This document shows positions 9,339 through 19,069 of a stretch of DNA of 28,335 nucleotides, piece after piece. The position numbers were made by a program, and so were the translations under genes. The notes below the pieces were generated by a model. It was not told the DNA's origin. It saw only the letters and a list, made by a program, of their open reading frames with translations, and ran no database searches. Origin of the DNA: a virus (taxonomy: Duplodnaviria; Caudoviricetes); the IMG/VR virus record IMGVR_UViG_3300017774_002751, positions 1-28,335 of that record. The stretch is one strand, 5' to 3'. How positions within the stretch are numbered: the first letter of the stretch is position 1; each line of letters starts with the position of its first letter.

Positions 9339-11486
9339 TTACGGTGCGCCGCTTCCGGTCATGCTAGCTGCAACAGAGGGGTTTGTCATTGCCGCGCCCT
9401 GCCGACGTTCGATGCTCGTCCTATTCAGTCTTGCCTGCTCAATAGGATTAGGCGCTTGCACAGCAGGCTGCCCCTTCGCCCACTTGCTAAGCTCGAGGCC
9501 AAGGTCAATTTCAAAGTTGTCAATAAATGCACTGGGATTCTGAGGATCAAACAAATCCACACGATAACGGCCAATACCGCCAGCGCTTTCATCAAGGGGG
9601 GTCAACTTGATAGTGCCGTTTTTCCCAATCACATGATTGCGTAGCTTGCCGTCAGTGCCTTTAACAGGAGGCACCAATGATTTCCCATTCTCTTTAGCCG
9701 CGCCAAAAAATGCACCAAGATCGGTAATGCGATAAGAACGAGTCAGCGCGCTAGGACCAAGCCCCTCAGAGAAAATGGGCGACATAGTGTACACTGATTT
9801 GTTCTGCGTAATTGCCTTTTCCAAAGCAATTGCAGGATCGCGGTTATACACGTCAAGGCTAGCAGCATAGCTTACGTCAACGCGCTTTGCCAATGCGGCC
9901 GGTACAGGATTACGTTCAGGAATACCGTATGCCCGCTTAATAAGCTTGTCTCTCTGAGTAGAGTAAGTGCCAGGCTTGCCATCCCCTTCAATGTTGTTGA
10001 AGGCGCTTACTGCATCTGTAGGAGTAAAGGCATTGCCAGAGCGCATCCGTTCAACATATGCAGCAGCAATTGCAGGTGGTTGTCCAGCCGCCATAAGATC
10101 ACTAGCAGCGGTCAAAAGGGCACGGCTTCGCGGGTCTACTTTTTCAAGCAGCATGTCCCCCACGTTTGCGCCACCTACATTTACAATCTTAATGTTGTTG
10201 TAGAACTCAAGGGCTGCAAAGGGGTCGCCAGAACGAATCCCATTGGCCATAAAGTTGACTAGTGGACCAGGCACATACTGACGGATGCTAATAAACTGCA
10301 ATGCTTTCTGACGCTCTTCGGGCGTATTCAGCGCAGCAAGATTAATTAACTTATTAAAATCCTTATCCATTACGCCTCTTGCTTCCGCATCCCAACCGCC
10401 GCCAAGGCCGTTTGATAAAAGGCCATTGATCAAATTGCGCGTTGCATTTTCCGCAGCAATCAGTCTGTTAGTTTGTCTTTCCTGTGCTGCAAAAGCCCGA
10501 GCCTCTGCTGCTTCTTCGGCAAGTTTTCGCCTGCGATCAGTGGCAATCCCGCGAACGATGTTCTTGGCAAAATCGCTCAACCCATAAAGCTTTTCAGTTG
10601 CAAAGATGGGAAGCTCTTTACGTAGGCTTCCTCCTGAGCTGACATTATCTAGCCGCTGTTCAACTATTTGCAGTTCATCACCTGAAAGGCCGAGGATAAG
10701 GGGAGTCGCCTCGTTAACGGTACGCATACTGATTGCGTTGTTAACTGCTTCTGCATATTCGACCTTTTGATCCTCCTCCATTGACCCTGCAAACTTTTCT
10801 CCAATAGTGCCTGCCTTTATTGCCTTATCAGTTAGAGTTTTCATTTGAGCTTGGTAATTAGCTACCTGGGCTATATCGCCTTTGCTAGACGCATCAGCCA
10901 CCAGCTTAGTAAGCCGAGCATAGTCGTTGTTCAACGCGCTTATCAAATCCTGTCGTGCACGTTGACCAGCTTCGCCGTAGACAGCACGAGTGCGCTCCTG
11001 CGCTTCACGGCCAAGCGTTTGCTCAAGTAGTGGGCGAACACTAGGATCAACAACCTCGAGCATACCTTCGAGGGTGCCGCTAACAAAGGCGCGATAAGAC
11101 TCGGCATCTAGCTTCTTGCCATTGTCACCTTTACGCATGGCTTCAATTTCGGCATCAAGCTTTGACTGGAAGTCCAGCGAGACGTTGGAAACATAACGCG
11201 CCTGTGCCACTTCCTCAAACGCCTGTTGATACAGCAAGCCAACATCTTTGGGCGTCTCGATAGGAAGCGCACGACCTTTCTCGTCGCGTTTAATTTCCGC
11301 CTGGCCTGCAGCAATCTGGCCTTTCTTTACAGCCTTTGCGCGCAGTTCAGGTTGGTAAGCTTCAAATATCTGACCAGCTGCACGAGAAATTGATGGACCA
11401 ACGTCAGCAATCTGCGGAGCGTTACCAGACAGCAGACTGCCAGGGCTGGTAATGCCAATGCGACGACGAAAAGGTTCAATAGCCAT
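9339..11486 (-). CDS. Internal virion/ejection protein (T7 gp15 positional analogue)
   Basis: 715 aa, Ala/Gln/Glu-rich and helical; lies between the gp14-like and gp16-like genes. Confidence 0.7.
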   Translation of the reverse strand: MAIEPFRRRIGITSPGSLLSGNAPQIADVGPSISRAAGQIFEAYQPELRAKAVKKGQIAAGQAEIKRDEKGRALPIETPKDVGLLYQQAFEEVAQARYVSNVSLDFQSKLDAEIEAMRKGDNGKKLDAESYRAFVSGTLEGMLEVVDPSVRPLLEQTLGREAQERTRAVYGEAGQRARQDLISALNNDYARLTKLVADASSKGDIAQVANYQAQMKTLTDKAIKAGTIGEKFAGSMEEDQKVEYAEAVNNAISMRTVNEATPLILGLSGDELQIVEQRLDNVSSGGSLRKELPIFATEKLYGLSDFAKNIVRGIATDRRRKLAEEAAEARAFAAQERQTNRLIAAENATRNLINGLLSNGLGGGWDAEARGVMDKDFNKLINLAALNTPEERQKALQFISIRQYVPGPLVNFMANGIRSGDPFAALEFYNNIKIVNVGGANVGDMLLEKVDPRSRALLTAASDLMAAGQPPAIAAAYVERMRSGNAFTPTDAVSAFNNIEGDGKPGTYSTQRDKLIKRAYGIPERNPVPAALAKRVDVSYAASLDVYNRDPAIALEKAITQNKSVYTMSPIFSEGLGPSALTRSYRITDLGAFFGAAKENGKSLVPPVKGTDGKLRNHVIGKNGTIKLTPLDESAGGIGRYRVDLFDPQNPSAFIDNFEIDLGLELSKWAKGQPAVQAPNPIEQARLNRTSIERRQGAAMTNPSVAASMTGSGAP

Positions 11487-11489
11487 ACG

Positions 11490-11984
11490 TTAGCCGCCTT
11501 TGGTTTTTTGGTATTCTTTGCCAACCGAAGCGGCAGTTCCAACGAAGCTGGCAACTGCTCCAACTTTTTGCATCGTGGCATTAAACCCAGCTACATCACG
11601 CGAGAAACGATTGACTCGAATCTGTGAAGCAATGCGATTCTGGCCAGCAATGTCACCCATACGAATGTTGCCAATGTCTAAACGCAGAGCTCGCTCCTCC
11701 GCAGGCATTACGCCCTGGAGAAAGCTGATGTTCTCACGCACACCCGATGCAGCCAAGGCAGCGGCGTTGCTGGCTCTCTGTCTGCGAAAGTCATTAAGAC
11801 GCTCAATCTCAGTTTCCTGCGCCTGCAGGCGGGCAATCTCACGCTCTTCCTTAAGTTGCTTTTGCTGCTCATCAAGCATGTTTTGTTGCGCACGTTTATT
11901 TGCATTGGCGGCACCAATAGAAGCGGCGGTACTAGTGCCTGCTGCAACTAAAGTCGCAACAGCAACGGCTGCTGAAACGCACAT
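11490..11984 (-). CDS. Internal virion protein (T7 gp14-like)
   Basis: Met-Cys start, hydrophobic Ala-rich N-terminus, coiled coil and A.LAASGV motif; follows the nozzle gene. Confidence 0.75.
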   Translation of the reverse strand: MCVSAAVAVATLVAAGTSTAASIGAANANKRAQQNMLDEQQKQLKEEREIARLQAQETEIERLNDFRRQRASNAAALAASGVRENISFLQGVMPAEERALRLDIGNIRMGDIAGQNRIASQIRVNRFSRDVAGFNATMQKVGAVASFVGTAASVGKEYQKTKGG

Positions 11985-14161
11985 TAGAAAGACACCTCCA
12001 TGTTCATCCCTAGCACCCTCAGTGGCAGGGGCTCATCCTGCGTAATCGTTACCTTCGCCTCTCGATTGTAACCAAGCAAAAAGAACTCCTTGATCCCGGT
12101 AAAGAGGGCGGGCGCAACAGACAAGTCATCCGTCACCTGACGCAGAAGCAGACGATTGTTCGAAACTACGCAAGACAGGGTGCTATTCAAGCCAACAAGC
12201 ACACGGTTGATTCGTTTAGGCATACCCAGCAGTGAGCCGGTAGGAAGCTGCAAGTGCACGGGTAACGTGGTAATTTCTACCGGATAGGTGAAGCCTGCAA
12301 TCACCTTCGTCACTGCATTGGGAAGCGTGATAACGCCAGAACCGTTTGCCGTAAATTTGCCAAGATACATGTTGCTTGAAACAACATCGACTTCCATGTT
12401 GGCATAGTAAACACCCAGCGTCCAGGTCGTGCTTGCCGATCCAGTCAGGCTTATTGCACTATCAACCGTCAAAGCCTCGGCATCAGAAAGCAACTCGAGC
12501 GTGTATGTCAGGTTGCGCTGCACCGCGACAAATACCAATTCGCCCAAAGTGCACACCGAGCGGAACAGATTGATTGCCTTGGTTCCAAACTCCCACGTGG
12601 TCCATCCTGCCACGTTCTCTGATCGCGCTGAGTTAAACACTGCCATTGTGCCATCGTTGTTCACAACCAGGGCATACTGTTCGCCTCTCACGGTCGAGCC
12701 AAAGAGCACTGCCATATCAATGGGACTGTTGATGAGATGGCTAGATAGCAAGGTAATGTCGGTTGATGCGTAACCATTTACAGCATCGTTATACACAAAC
12801 TCACGTACGGATTTGCCTGAGCCCTGCACAAACAGGGTGGCCCCGTCAAATGGAAGCGGAGTAACATCGCTCGAGCCAAACGGTGTCTGCCTTGATATTC
12901 GAATGGCAGTGGGCGTAACTGTTTGAGTGCTTGAGCGCGGCACAAAGAACTCGCCGCTTGCTGTAAAAATCTGCAAGTCGCGGTTCGATACGATGTGCTT
13001 TACGTTCGAAATGTCCTCACTACCAATGGTGATCTGAATGCTCTCATCATCGAGGCCTTCGCCCACATCGAAGTTGAAGAACAGGCCAATCTTGGAAGCC
13101 CACAAACCATCAGGCACGGCGCTGCTACCACCAAACCAAAGGCGGTTCTCGTGGAAAGCAACTGCTCCAGGATAACCATTGACCGCAGAGTAAGTCTGCT
13201 CAGACCAATCTCGGGTTGACGTTGTGCTGCTTGTGAACTTGACCGAAGGACCACCGCCATCTTCTGATGCGTTTGCGTTATGTCCGGTCGAGTAACTATA
13301 GCGATTATCGTCAATCACAGTGATTGAAAAAGTGCCATTAATCTGAGCAAAGCTAACCCCAGCAAAACCATTAGCACCGCTAATCGTCACGCTCTGCCCG
13401 GTGGCAAAGCCGTGCAAGGCATGAGTCACTTCAACAACGTCACTCGTATGCTCAGTGCGAAGCGGGTTAATATCGAGAGAGCCCTCAAGCGTTCCCTTGA
13501 TGTTGCCAACCAAAGTCGTGCCGTTTGTGTATGCGGTGATGAGAATCTCAACATCTTTCCAGCGCACAATCGTGCCCACATAGGCAGATGTGAATACGGA
13601 ACTTGATGCAGTAATAGTCCTGCCTGTGCCCGACACGGCGTTGACGCTGATCGTCACAGTGTCATCGGCAAATTTGTAATAGGGCTGATAAATCTTGTTA
13701 CCGTCTAGGCTGGTATCAAACGCAAATGCGCTGATCGTAAAGCTGGATGCACCCGTCCGACGCACCACACGCGGTGCCCAAGATGGATGACACAAGATCA
13801 TTACGTCCGCCGCTTGGGTGTAGCTAATCTGCCGAAGCTGTGCGCCTGTCCACGGAACGCCACTGGTAATTGTAGTTAGCAGTGTGCCCGAAGTGCTGAA
13901 CACATCGAGGCGGGCATTGCTCAGAGCAAACACGTAGCGCTCCGACGAAGAGAACTCGAACGGCAAAAGCCTGCTATCGGTAGGCAGGGTAGCAAGGTAG
14001 CGGGTGCCCGCCCGCCTGCTTACGCCGCCAGTGTTAAGCAGTGAGCAGTTACGCAAAGTCGCTGCGCCGTTCTGGTATGCGCCAGTGTCCACACGCATAC
14101 GCAGCAGCGGATCAACCTCCCCCGATGAGAAGTTGGTTTGGACTTGCTTGATAGTGGGCAT
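11984..14161 (-). CDS. Tail tubular protein B / nozzle (T7 gp12-like) with an inserted FCCH-like beta domain
   Basis: QTNFSSGEVDP, GGVSRRAGT, GYPGAVAFHENRLWFGG, LWASKIG.FFNF and C-terminal Q.EPLPL.V motifs. Confidence 0.9.
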   Translation of the reverse strand: MPTIKQVQTNFSSGEVDPLLRMRVDTGAYQNGAATLRNCSLLNTGGVSRRAGTRYLATLPTDSRLLPFEFSSSERYVFALSNARLDVFSTSGTLLTTITSGVPWTGAQLRQISYTQAADVMILCHPSWAPRVVRRTGASSFTISAFAFDTSLDGNKIYQPYYKFADDTVTISVNAVSGTGRTITASSSVFTSAYVGTIVRWKDVEILITAYTNGTTLVGNIKGTLEGSLDINPLRTEHTSDVVEVTHALHGFATGQSVTISGANGFAGVSFAQINGTFSITVIDDNRYSYSTGHNANASEDGGGPSVKFTSSTTSTRDWSEQTYSAVNGYPGAVAFHENRLWFGGSSAVPDGLWASKIGLFFNFDVGEGLDDESIQITIGSEDISNVKHIVSNRDLQIFTASGEFFVPRSSTQTVTPTAIRISRQTPFGSSDVTPLPFDGATLFVQGSGKSVREFVYNDAVNGYASTDITLLSSHLINSPIDMAVLFGSTVRGEQYALVVNNDGTMAVFNSARSENVAGWTTWEFGTKAINLFRSVCTLGELVFVAVQRNLTYTLELLSDAEALTVDSAISLTGSASTTWTLGVYYANMEVDVVSSNMYLGKFTANGSGVITLPNAVTKVIAGFTYPVEITTLPVHLQLPTGSLLGMPKRINRVLVGLNSTLSCVVSNNRLLLRQVTDDLSVAPALFTGIKEFFLLGYNREAKVTITQDEPLPLRVLGMNMEVSF

Positions 14162-14742
14162 TAGCGAATCGTCCTACGCGCCTTGTCAAATCGGCTAAGA
14201 TCAAAGCGGCGCGAAGTCTGTGCCGTGCTATCAATGTTGCGCGCCAGAGCCATCTGCCGCAAAGCCTTTTTCTCCATGAAGTCAGCCGTATTAATCTGGT
14301 TGGCCACCGAGTAGGCGAAGATCGAGGCAAGCTGCAGTTCGACTAGCGTCACAAAGTAGGGAGGCCATAGGTCCTCTTCCGCTTGGAACGTGTAGTCAGC
14401 AACCACCACATCCTCAGTTGTCGCATCGCAATAGACCAGATTCTGGTAGCGATCATAATCAATCTGATTGTCGTTGATGGTCACATCATGCAGCAGCAGC
14501 AGATCGGCTGGAAGATTGTAAGCCGCATCCCATTTGGATTCCGGCTCATCTACGCGGCGAGACAGTTGCGCCTGACCAGAGGCAAAGCGCCAACGGAAAC
14601 GGGACAAAAGATCGCGCACCGTATCTTCATATAGGTTGGCAGCCACCGTGCTCTCAGTCGTGCCATCCGCAAAGGATGTGATGGGTGCAGCACCGATCAG
14701 CACCAGGGCGCGAGAGCAAATATCAATGTCGGTAACTGCCAC
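14161..14742 (-). CDS. Tail tubular protein A / adaptor (T7 gp11-like)
   Basis: IDICSRALVLIGAAPITSF, W.FA and YNLPAD.L motifs; GTG start with AGGAG RBS. Confidence 0.88.
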   Translation of the reverse strand: MAVTDIDICSRALVLIGAAPITSFADGTTESTVAANLYEDTVRDLLSRFRWRFASGQAQLSRRVDEPESKWDAAYNLPADLLLLHDVTINDNQIDYDRYQNLVYCDATTEDVVVADYTFQAEEDLWPPYFVTLVELQLASIFAYSVANQINTADFMEKKALRQMALARNIDSTAQTSRRFDLSRFDKARRTIR

Positions 14743-14754
14743 GGTGCGCTCCTA

Positions 14755-14820
14755 GAGAAAGGGCCAGCCCTGCACAAGACAAGGCTGGCCCGGGAGAGGT
14801 CAGGGGGGAGAACCTCTCCC
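14755..14820 (-). terminator. Twin hairpins downstream of the capsid genes; the second is followed by TTTCTC (probable leaky intrinsic terminator)
   Basis: GGGAGAGGT(14792-800)/ACCTCTCCC(14812-20) and GGGCCAGCC(14761-69)/GGCTGGCCC(14783-91), both perfect 9-bp stems. Confidence 0.65.
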
Positions 14821-14826
14821 TGTTGC

Positions 14827-15087
14827 TTACGAGGTGGTGACGCCTTCCAGAGCGGTCGTCGTAACGGTCGCCGCGCCAGTCGCGCTCGTAACGCAAACAA
14901 CGTCAACCGTACGAGTGCCGCCCGTCGAACCCACAACCAGAATAACATCATTCTGCTTAAGGTTGTTGGTCACCGTGTTGAAGTAACCCGAAGCCACAAT
15001 CGTAGCGATTGCATCGGAGTTTGTGTAGATATGCAGAGCCGGTTCAGCACCAGCCAGCTTAATCAAAGTTGCGGGAGTGAAAGCCAT
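14827..15087 (-). CDS. Small capsid-associated (decoration/cement) protein
   Basis: Directly after the MCP with its own AGGAG RBS; Y...DA.ATI..SGYFN...L..ND.I motif. Confidence 0.65.
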   Translation of the reverse strand: MAFTPATLIKLAGAEPALHIYTNSDAIATIVASGYFNTVTNNLKQNDVILVVGSTGGTRTVDVVCVTSATGAATVTTTALEGVTTS

Positions 15088-15099
15088 TTTCTTTGCTCC

Positions 15100-15924
15100 T
15101 TAAGCGTCGTAGGCCTGAACTTCGTACACACCAGTGCCATCAATTAGCACAGCACCCTGCGACATCATTGAGGTTGCAAGGTGGGCGGCCTTTTCCGGCA
15201 CGTAGTTCATTTCGGTCTGCACTTCCGAACCAGCGCCCATACCAATAGCCGAACGGTGATAGGCAAAGTTCTTGCGAATGCTCGAAGCAATCGGCAGACC
15301 GGAGAACACCATCCACATGAAGCCCATCCAGCGCTTGGCTACCATGCCGCCCTTGTACGGCAGTTCGTCGGGACCAACAAAGTCGGCGCTCGAGAAAGCA
15401 GTGATGCCGAGCAGATTAGTCCAACCGCTTGGTGAAACCACAAAGTAGCGTTCGCCATCATCCGGCACATCGTTGTTACCGAAGTAATCAAACACCGTGT
15501 TGATCTTGGTCTGCGTCAGCACGGCGGTACCACCTTCGGTGATGGTGTTGCTGGTCGAATCCAGGGCGGTAACGATGAGTTCGTCCGTCTTGCGGCCCAT
15601 AGCAGCAGCGGCAGACTGCGTAACAACCATGCGTTCGTCATGGTTGATCTTCAGTTCGTCCAGCTTGTCGATGTAATCGGCAGCATAGAAGTCGGCCATG
15701 GTGCACTCAACCGGGGTGTGATCGATAGTCATCACCGGCACGTTGCCGTGACGCGACTTCGTGCCGGCGGTACCTTTGCCAACCTTTTGGAAGGTGGTGC
15801 TGGAACCGCGAACATTGCCCTTATAGCGAATGGTATTGCGGAGCTTGGAGCCCATACGCTGATACGCCATGTGCACTTCGCTCTCGAACTGCTTTACAAA
15901 GGCGTCATTAATATCGATTGCCAT
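15100..15924 (-). CDS. Major capsid protein
   Basis: AFVKQFESEVHMAYQRMGSKLR, D.LDELK, AMGRKTD.LI and terminal GAVLID..GV motifs, as in BPP-1/HTVC010P-like capsids. Confidence 0.92.
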   Translation of the reverse strand: MAIDINDAFVKQFESEVHMAYQRMGSKLRNTIRYKGNVRGSSTTFQKVGKGTAGTKSRHGNVPVMTIDHTPVECTMADFYAADYIDKLDELKINHDERMVVTQSAAAAMGRKTDELIVTALDSTSNTITEGGTAVLTQTKINTVFDYFGNNDVPDDGERYFVVSPSGWTNLLGITAFSSADFVGPDELPYKGGMVAKRWMGFMWMVFSGLPIASSIRKNFAYHRSAIGMGAGSEVQTEMNYVPEKAAHLATSMMSQGAVLIDGTGVYEVQAYDA

Positions 15925-16056
15925 TGTTTAATCCCTTCATTCAGGCTTGCGAAAAACTGGTTTTTGCCGGTTATCCGCAAACGATGCGAAAGGAGTTGTC
16001 CTGGCGGGCTCCATAGCCAGACCTTGCGGGCCTGCCTGTCATCTCTTGCAAATACA

Positions 16057-16536
16057 TTAAGCCGGCAATGGACTAATTCCTTTAGAGTAAAGGGCACCAC
16101 TATCGACGTAACCCATGCGTAGCAGAAACCGTCCTGCCACATCGCCATTGATTCCGGTGGTTACGCCAATCCGCACACGTTTTGTGCCAACGGCATTCGA
16201 CCAAACTTCAAGCAATGTTAGCATTTTGATAGCGGCTGATGTGCCTCGGAATCCTGGCATCACATAGAATGCCAAGTCCTCAGTGAATCGATCAGGCCCA
16301 AAGAAGGTTTCCACTGCGGCAGCCACAAGAAATCCGACAATTCGAATCTCGCCGTTTACCTCAGTCTCCGCAACGATTGTTGACCAATCCCTTTCAGAGA
16401 GACAAACCCAAGCAAGGCGCTCGAGCTTGTCCTCATCAAACTGAAAGTCAGCATACTCAGGCGCTTCACGGTGCATTAAGCTGCCAAGCGTAACGACAAC
16501 GGGAATGTCCCGTTCCTCCATAAAGCGGACGCGCAT
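16057..16536 (-). CDS. GNAT-family acyltransferase
   Basis: VRFMEERDIP, IVGFL, FYVMPGFRGTSAA (motif A, V.P..RG) and FLLRMGY. Confidence 0.85.
   Translation of the reverse strand: MRVRFMEERDIPVVVTLGSLMHREAPEYADFQFDEDKLERLAWVCLSERDWSTIVAETEVNGEIRIVGFLVAAAVETFFGPDRFTEDLAFYVMPGFRGTSAAIKMLTLLEVWSNAVGTKRVRIGVTTGINGDVAGRFLLRMGYVDSGALYSKGISPLPA
16066..16075 (-). promoter_or_regulatory. TAGTCCATTG motif, copy 2, upstream of the major capsid gene
   Basis: Exact 10-mer within the last codons of the GNAT gene, 142 nt upstream of the MCP ATG. Confidence 0.7.
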
Positions 16537-17276
16537 TAGCGGAAGGTCTTAGCGAAGAACTCTTCCACCTGACGAACAAACGCAGGATCACGATCAGCCG
16601 GGTGCCAGTAGCGGCGATCCTGCATCATCTTCTCTATCTCTGCACGGGTAGGTTCCGGCTTCTTTTCAAACATGGCATTGTCAACCACGCCTGAACCCTT
16701 AAGGGCAGACATTAGCTTTTCCATTGCGGCCACACCGGCAGCGCTGGTGCAAGCAGCAGAAATTGCAACTTGCTCTTCTTCGTTGAAGTAGTTGTTGGCC
16801 CACAGCTGCACCGCCTCAATGCGAGCGGTCGCGCTTTCTCCGAGCTTTTGGAACTCGCGCTGATAACTTTCCTCAATCTCCTTCACCTGTAGATCGGCGT
16901 AGGTATTGATGGCAGTCTCAAACTGTTCCTGATTGTAGCCCTGATCGTGAGCGAACTGCCGCCACCACTGGACAACGCCCGAAGTCTCAAGCTGCTCCTG
17001 GTCGAGCTTCTCATGTTGCGGCAACTTATAGGCATCGGGTGCCTCAGGCCGCGCAGCTAGGCGCTCAGTCGTCAATTCCTCAACGAGCTTCTCGCGTAGA
17101 TTGCCGCGCATCTTTTCAAGCTCACCGTAGGATTGAGCCAGCTTATCGTAGGCAGGCTTGCCCTCAACCCAAAACTTCTCAGGCAGCCACTCAGGACGGG
17201 ACTCTTCAGCGGGCGCTGCACTCTCAATGGGTGCGCCGCCAGTTTCGCCAGTGTTACCTTCTGTCATCTCAGCCAT
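16536..17276 (-). CDS. Capsid assembly scaffolding protein
   Basis: Acidic; RPEWLPEKFW, L..SY.ELEK, PE.PD.Y and C-terminal M.D.RYW..D; between portal and MCP. Confidence 0.88.
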   Translation of the reverse strand: MAEMTEGNTGETGGAPIESAAPAEESRPEWLPEKFWVEGKPAYDKLAQSYGELEKMRGNLREKLVEELTTERLAARPEAPDAYKLPQHEKLDQEQLETSGVVQWWRQFAHDQGYNQEQFETAINTYADLQVKEIEESYQREFQKLGESATARIEAVQLWANNYFNEEEQVAISAACTSAAGVAAMEKLMSALKGSGVVDNAMFEKKPEPTRAEIEKMMQDRRYWHPADRDPAFVRQVEEFFAKTFR

Positions 17277-17529
17277 TTTGCTTCCCCTTGTTTATGCGCT
17301 GTTCAATAATAGCCACGAGATAGCGCATACCTTCTCGGTGCCGTAACTCATCTGATCCAATGTGTGGACCGGCAACTGCCTCAATAGTGATCGAGCGCAA
17401 GTAAGCCAAGAACTCTCGACCCCCATTGCTACTGAAGGTCGAAGCTGCCAGTTCGTTTAGCTTACGCTCCTCAACGGGAGCTCGAACGAGGCCGTCAGGC
17501 CCCAGTAATTTGGCTTGTGTCGATGCCAT
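17269..17529 (-). CDS. Bbp19-like small protein
   Basis: FSS.GG..FLAYLRSITI...L.HREG.R.LV..I..RI; directly after the portal. Confidence 0.75.
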   Translation of the reverse strand: MASTQAKLLGPDGLVRAPVEERKLNELAASTFSSNGGREFLAYLRSITIEAVAGPHIGSDELRHREGMRYLVAIIEQRINKGKQNG

Positions 17530-19066
17530 TCTGCCCCATTTGCGCTATCTGACCAACAAGTTGTTCCCGTTCCGCCTCATCGCGGATCAGTCTCTCTGGC
17601 ACACCAAACTTGGCAGCCAGATACTTGGTAGTCTCGTCGCCCTTTACGTATAGGTTGACCATCTGCGGACCGAAGCGGCCCTGTACCATTTCAAGGAATC
17701 GGTTGATGGCATTAATATCTTCGAATGCCTGCGCCTGAGCAAGCGGACTTGTCGAGCGCACCTTCACTTCACGGCCATTGATGACCGGGATAGAGATGCG
17801 ACCCTGCTTCTTGAGGATGTATACCACCCGGCGAAGCACGGGGTTTACAAACTCTGCCTGCAAACGACCAAAGGCGCTGCCAATCTGCCGTGACAAGTCA
17901 GCCATACGCTGCGCCACCTCGGTTGCAGACATTGGCGTTGTGTTCGGATTGCCAAGCATCTCGTTGTAGAGCGCCTTCTTGATGTTGAGGCGCATGTCGG
18001 AAAGCACCAACTGAGCCACATCAAAGTTACCGGCACTACCAACGGCGCGCAGGCCAGAGCTACCCGGAGCAACGGGAATGATTGTTCCAGGCACAAGCCG
18101 AATCGTTGCGGGGTTCACTACGCCGTCATCTTCTGCGGTGTAGATACCCGAGATTGCCATCTGGGCATTCTCGAGAATCATCTGCACCACAAGGTTAGTG
18201 GTCTTTACAGCAGGCATAGCAGACAGAAGAGGGCCACGGCCCCAAACTTCACCAGCAGCTTTAGACCAACGGAACGCAACATAGGGATTGGAACCAATAC
18301 CTTTATAGGTTTCCGTGAAGAGCATGTGGTTCCGCTGAGGAAGGAACACGGCAAGCATGTTCACTTCCTCACCGGGAGCCGACCAATCACGGTACACGCA
18401 CTCAACTAGAGACTCAAAATTGTCCACGCCAGCTGCCAACTCACGCTCAAGATCGGCAGGCAGGACAGCCTTCGGGTAAGCAATCTTAATGTTCGAAGTG
18501 CGGATAGAACGCTCACGGAAGATCGTGTCGAGCTTGTCGTCGGGCCCAACGTCCAATGCCAATTGAGGCAAGGGCACAGCAGTAAACATCACAGGATTAA
18601 GGGCATCGCCCTCATCAATCCTCATGCAAGCAGTGCCAAGGGCAATGTCGAGCAGCGTCTCGTTTGCTTCTTGAGCAAAGTTGCTGTTCTGGATTACTTC
18701 GAACACATATTCAGTGACGGCCTCGAGCGCCTCGTTCACTTCAGAGCGATCATCTTCCGGCACCTCGCTGCCAGACACAAGCTCTGCCCACCGTGCATAG
18801 TTAGGGATCAGACCAGCCTGAAGGCGAGATGCAAACTCTTGCACACCCACCACCGCAGTCTCATCAAAAATCTTGTCGGTGCGGCTTTGACCAGCAGCCT
18901 GAGCATAGAAGCTTTCACGGCTAGGCAGCGCATACTCGTAGCATTCTTCATACTCCGAAATCCACGGCTCACGCAGTTGCTTGGCCCGAGCATATCGAGC
19001 TTGCAGTTTGCCAAGTAGCCCAGCGCTAGCTGTGACCGGAACAATCGGAGTCGGAATTACCGGCAT
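17495..19066 (-). CDS. Portal (head-to-tail connector, T7 gp8-like)
   Basis: IFDETA, FRWSK..GEVWGRGP, MSATEV..R, FGRLQ.E and SPLA.AQ motifs. Confidence 0.93.
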   Translation of the reverse strand: MPVIPTPIVPVTASAGLLGKLQARYARAKQLREPWISEYEECYEYALPSRESFYAQAAGQSRTDKIFDETAVVGVQEFASRLQAGLIPNYARWAELVSGSEVPEDDRSEVNEALEAVTEYVFEVIQNSNFAQEANETLLDIALGTACMRIDEGDALNPVMFTAVPLPQLALDVGPDDKLDTIFRERSIRTSNIKIAYPKAVLPADLERELAAGVDNFESLVECVYRDWSAPGEEVNMLAVFLPQRNHMLFTETYKGIGSNPYVAFRWSKAAGEVWGRGPLLSAMPAVKTTNLVVQMILENAQMAISGIYTAEDDGVVNPATIRLVPGTIIPVAPGSSGLRAVGSAGNFDVAQLVLSDMRLNIKKALYNEMLGNPNTTPMSATEVAQRMADLSRQIGSAFGRLQAEFVNPVLRRVVYILKKQGRISIPVINGREVKVRSTSPLAQAQAFEDINAINRFLEMVQGRFGPQMVNLYVKGDETTKYLAAKFGVPERLIRDEAEREQLVGQIAQMGQNGIDTSQITGA

Positions 19067-19069
19067 AGT

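Noticed and set aside
13240-13475. FCCH-like (ubiquitin E1) domain in the nozzle
   Set aside because: Such beta-domain insertions are common in podovirus nozzle proteins and do not indicate a ubiquitin system.
15088-15110. T7 10A/10B-style frameshift or read-through joining the MCP to the downstream 86-aa ORF
   Set aside because: No slippery sequence seen at the MCP end, and the downstream gene has its own AGGAG RBS.
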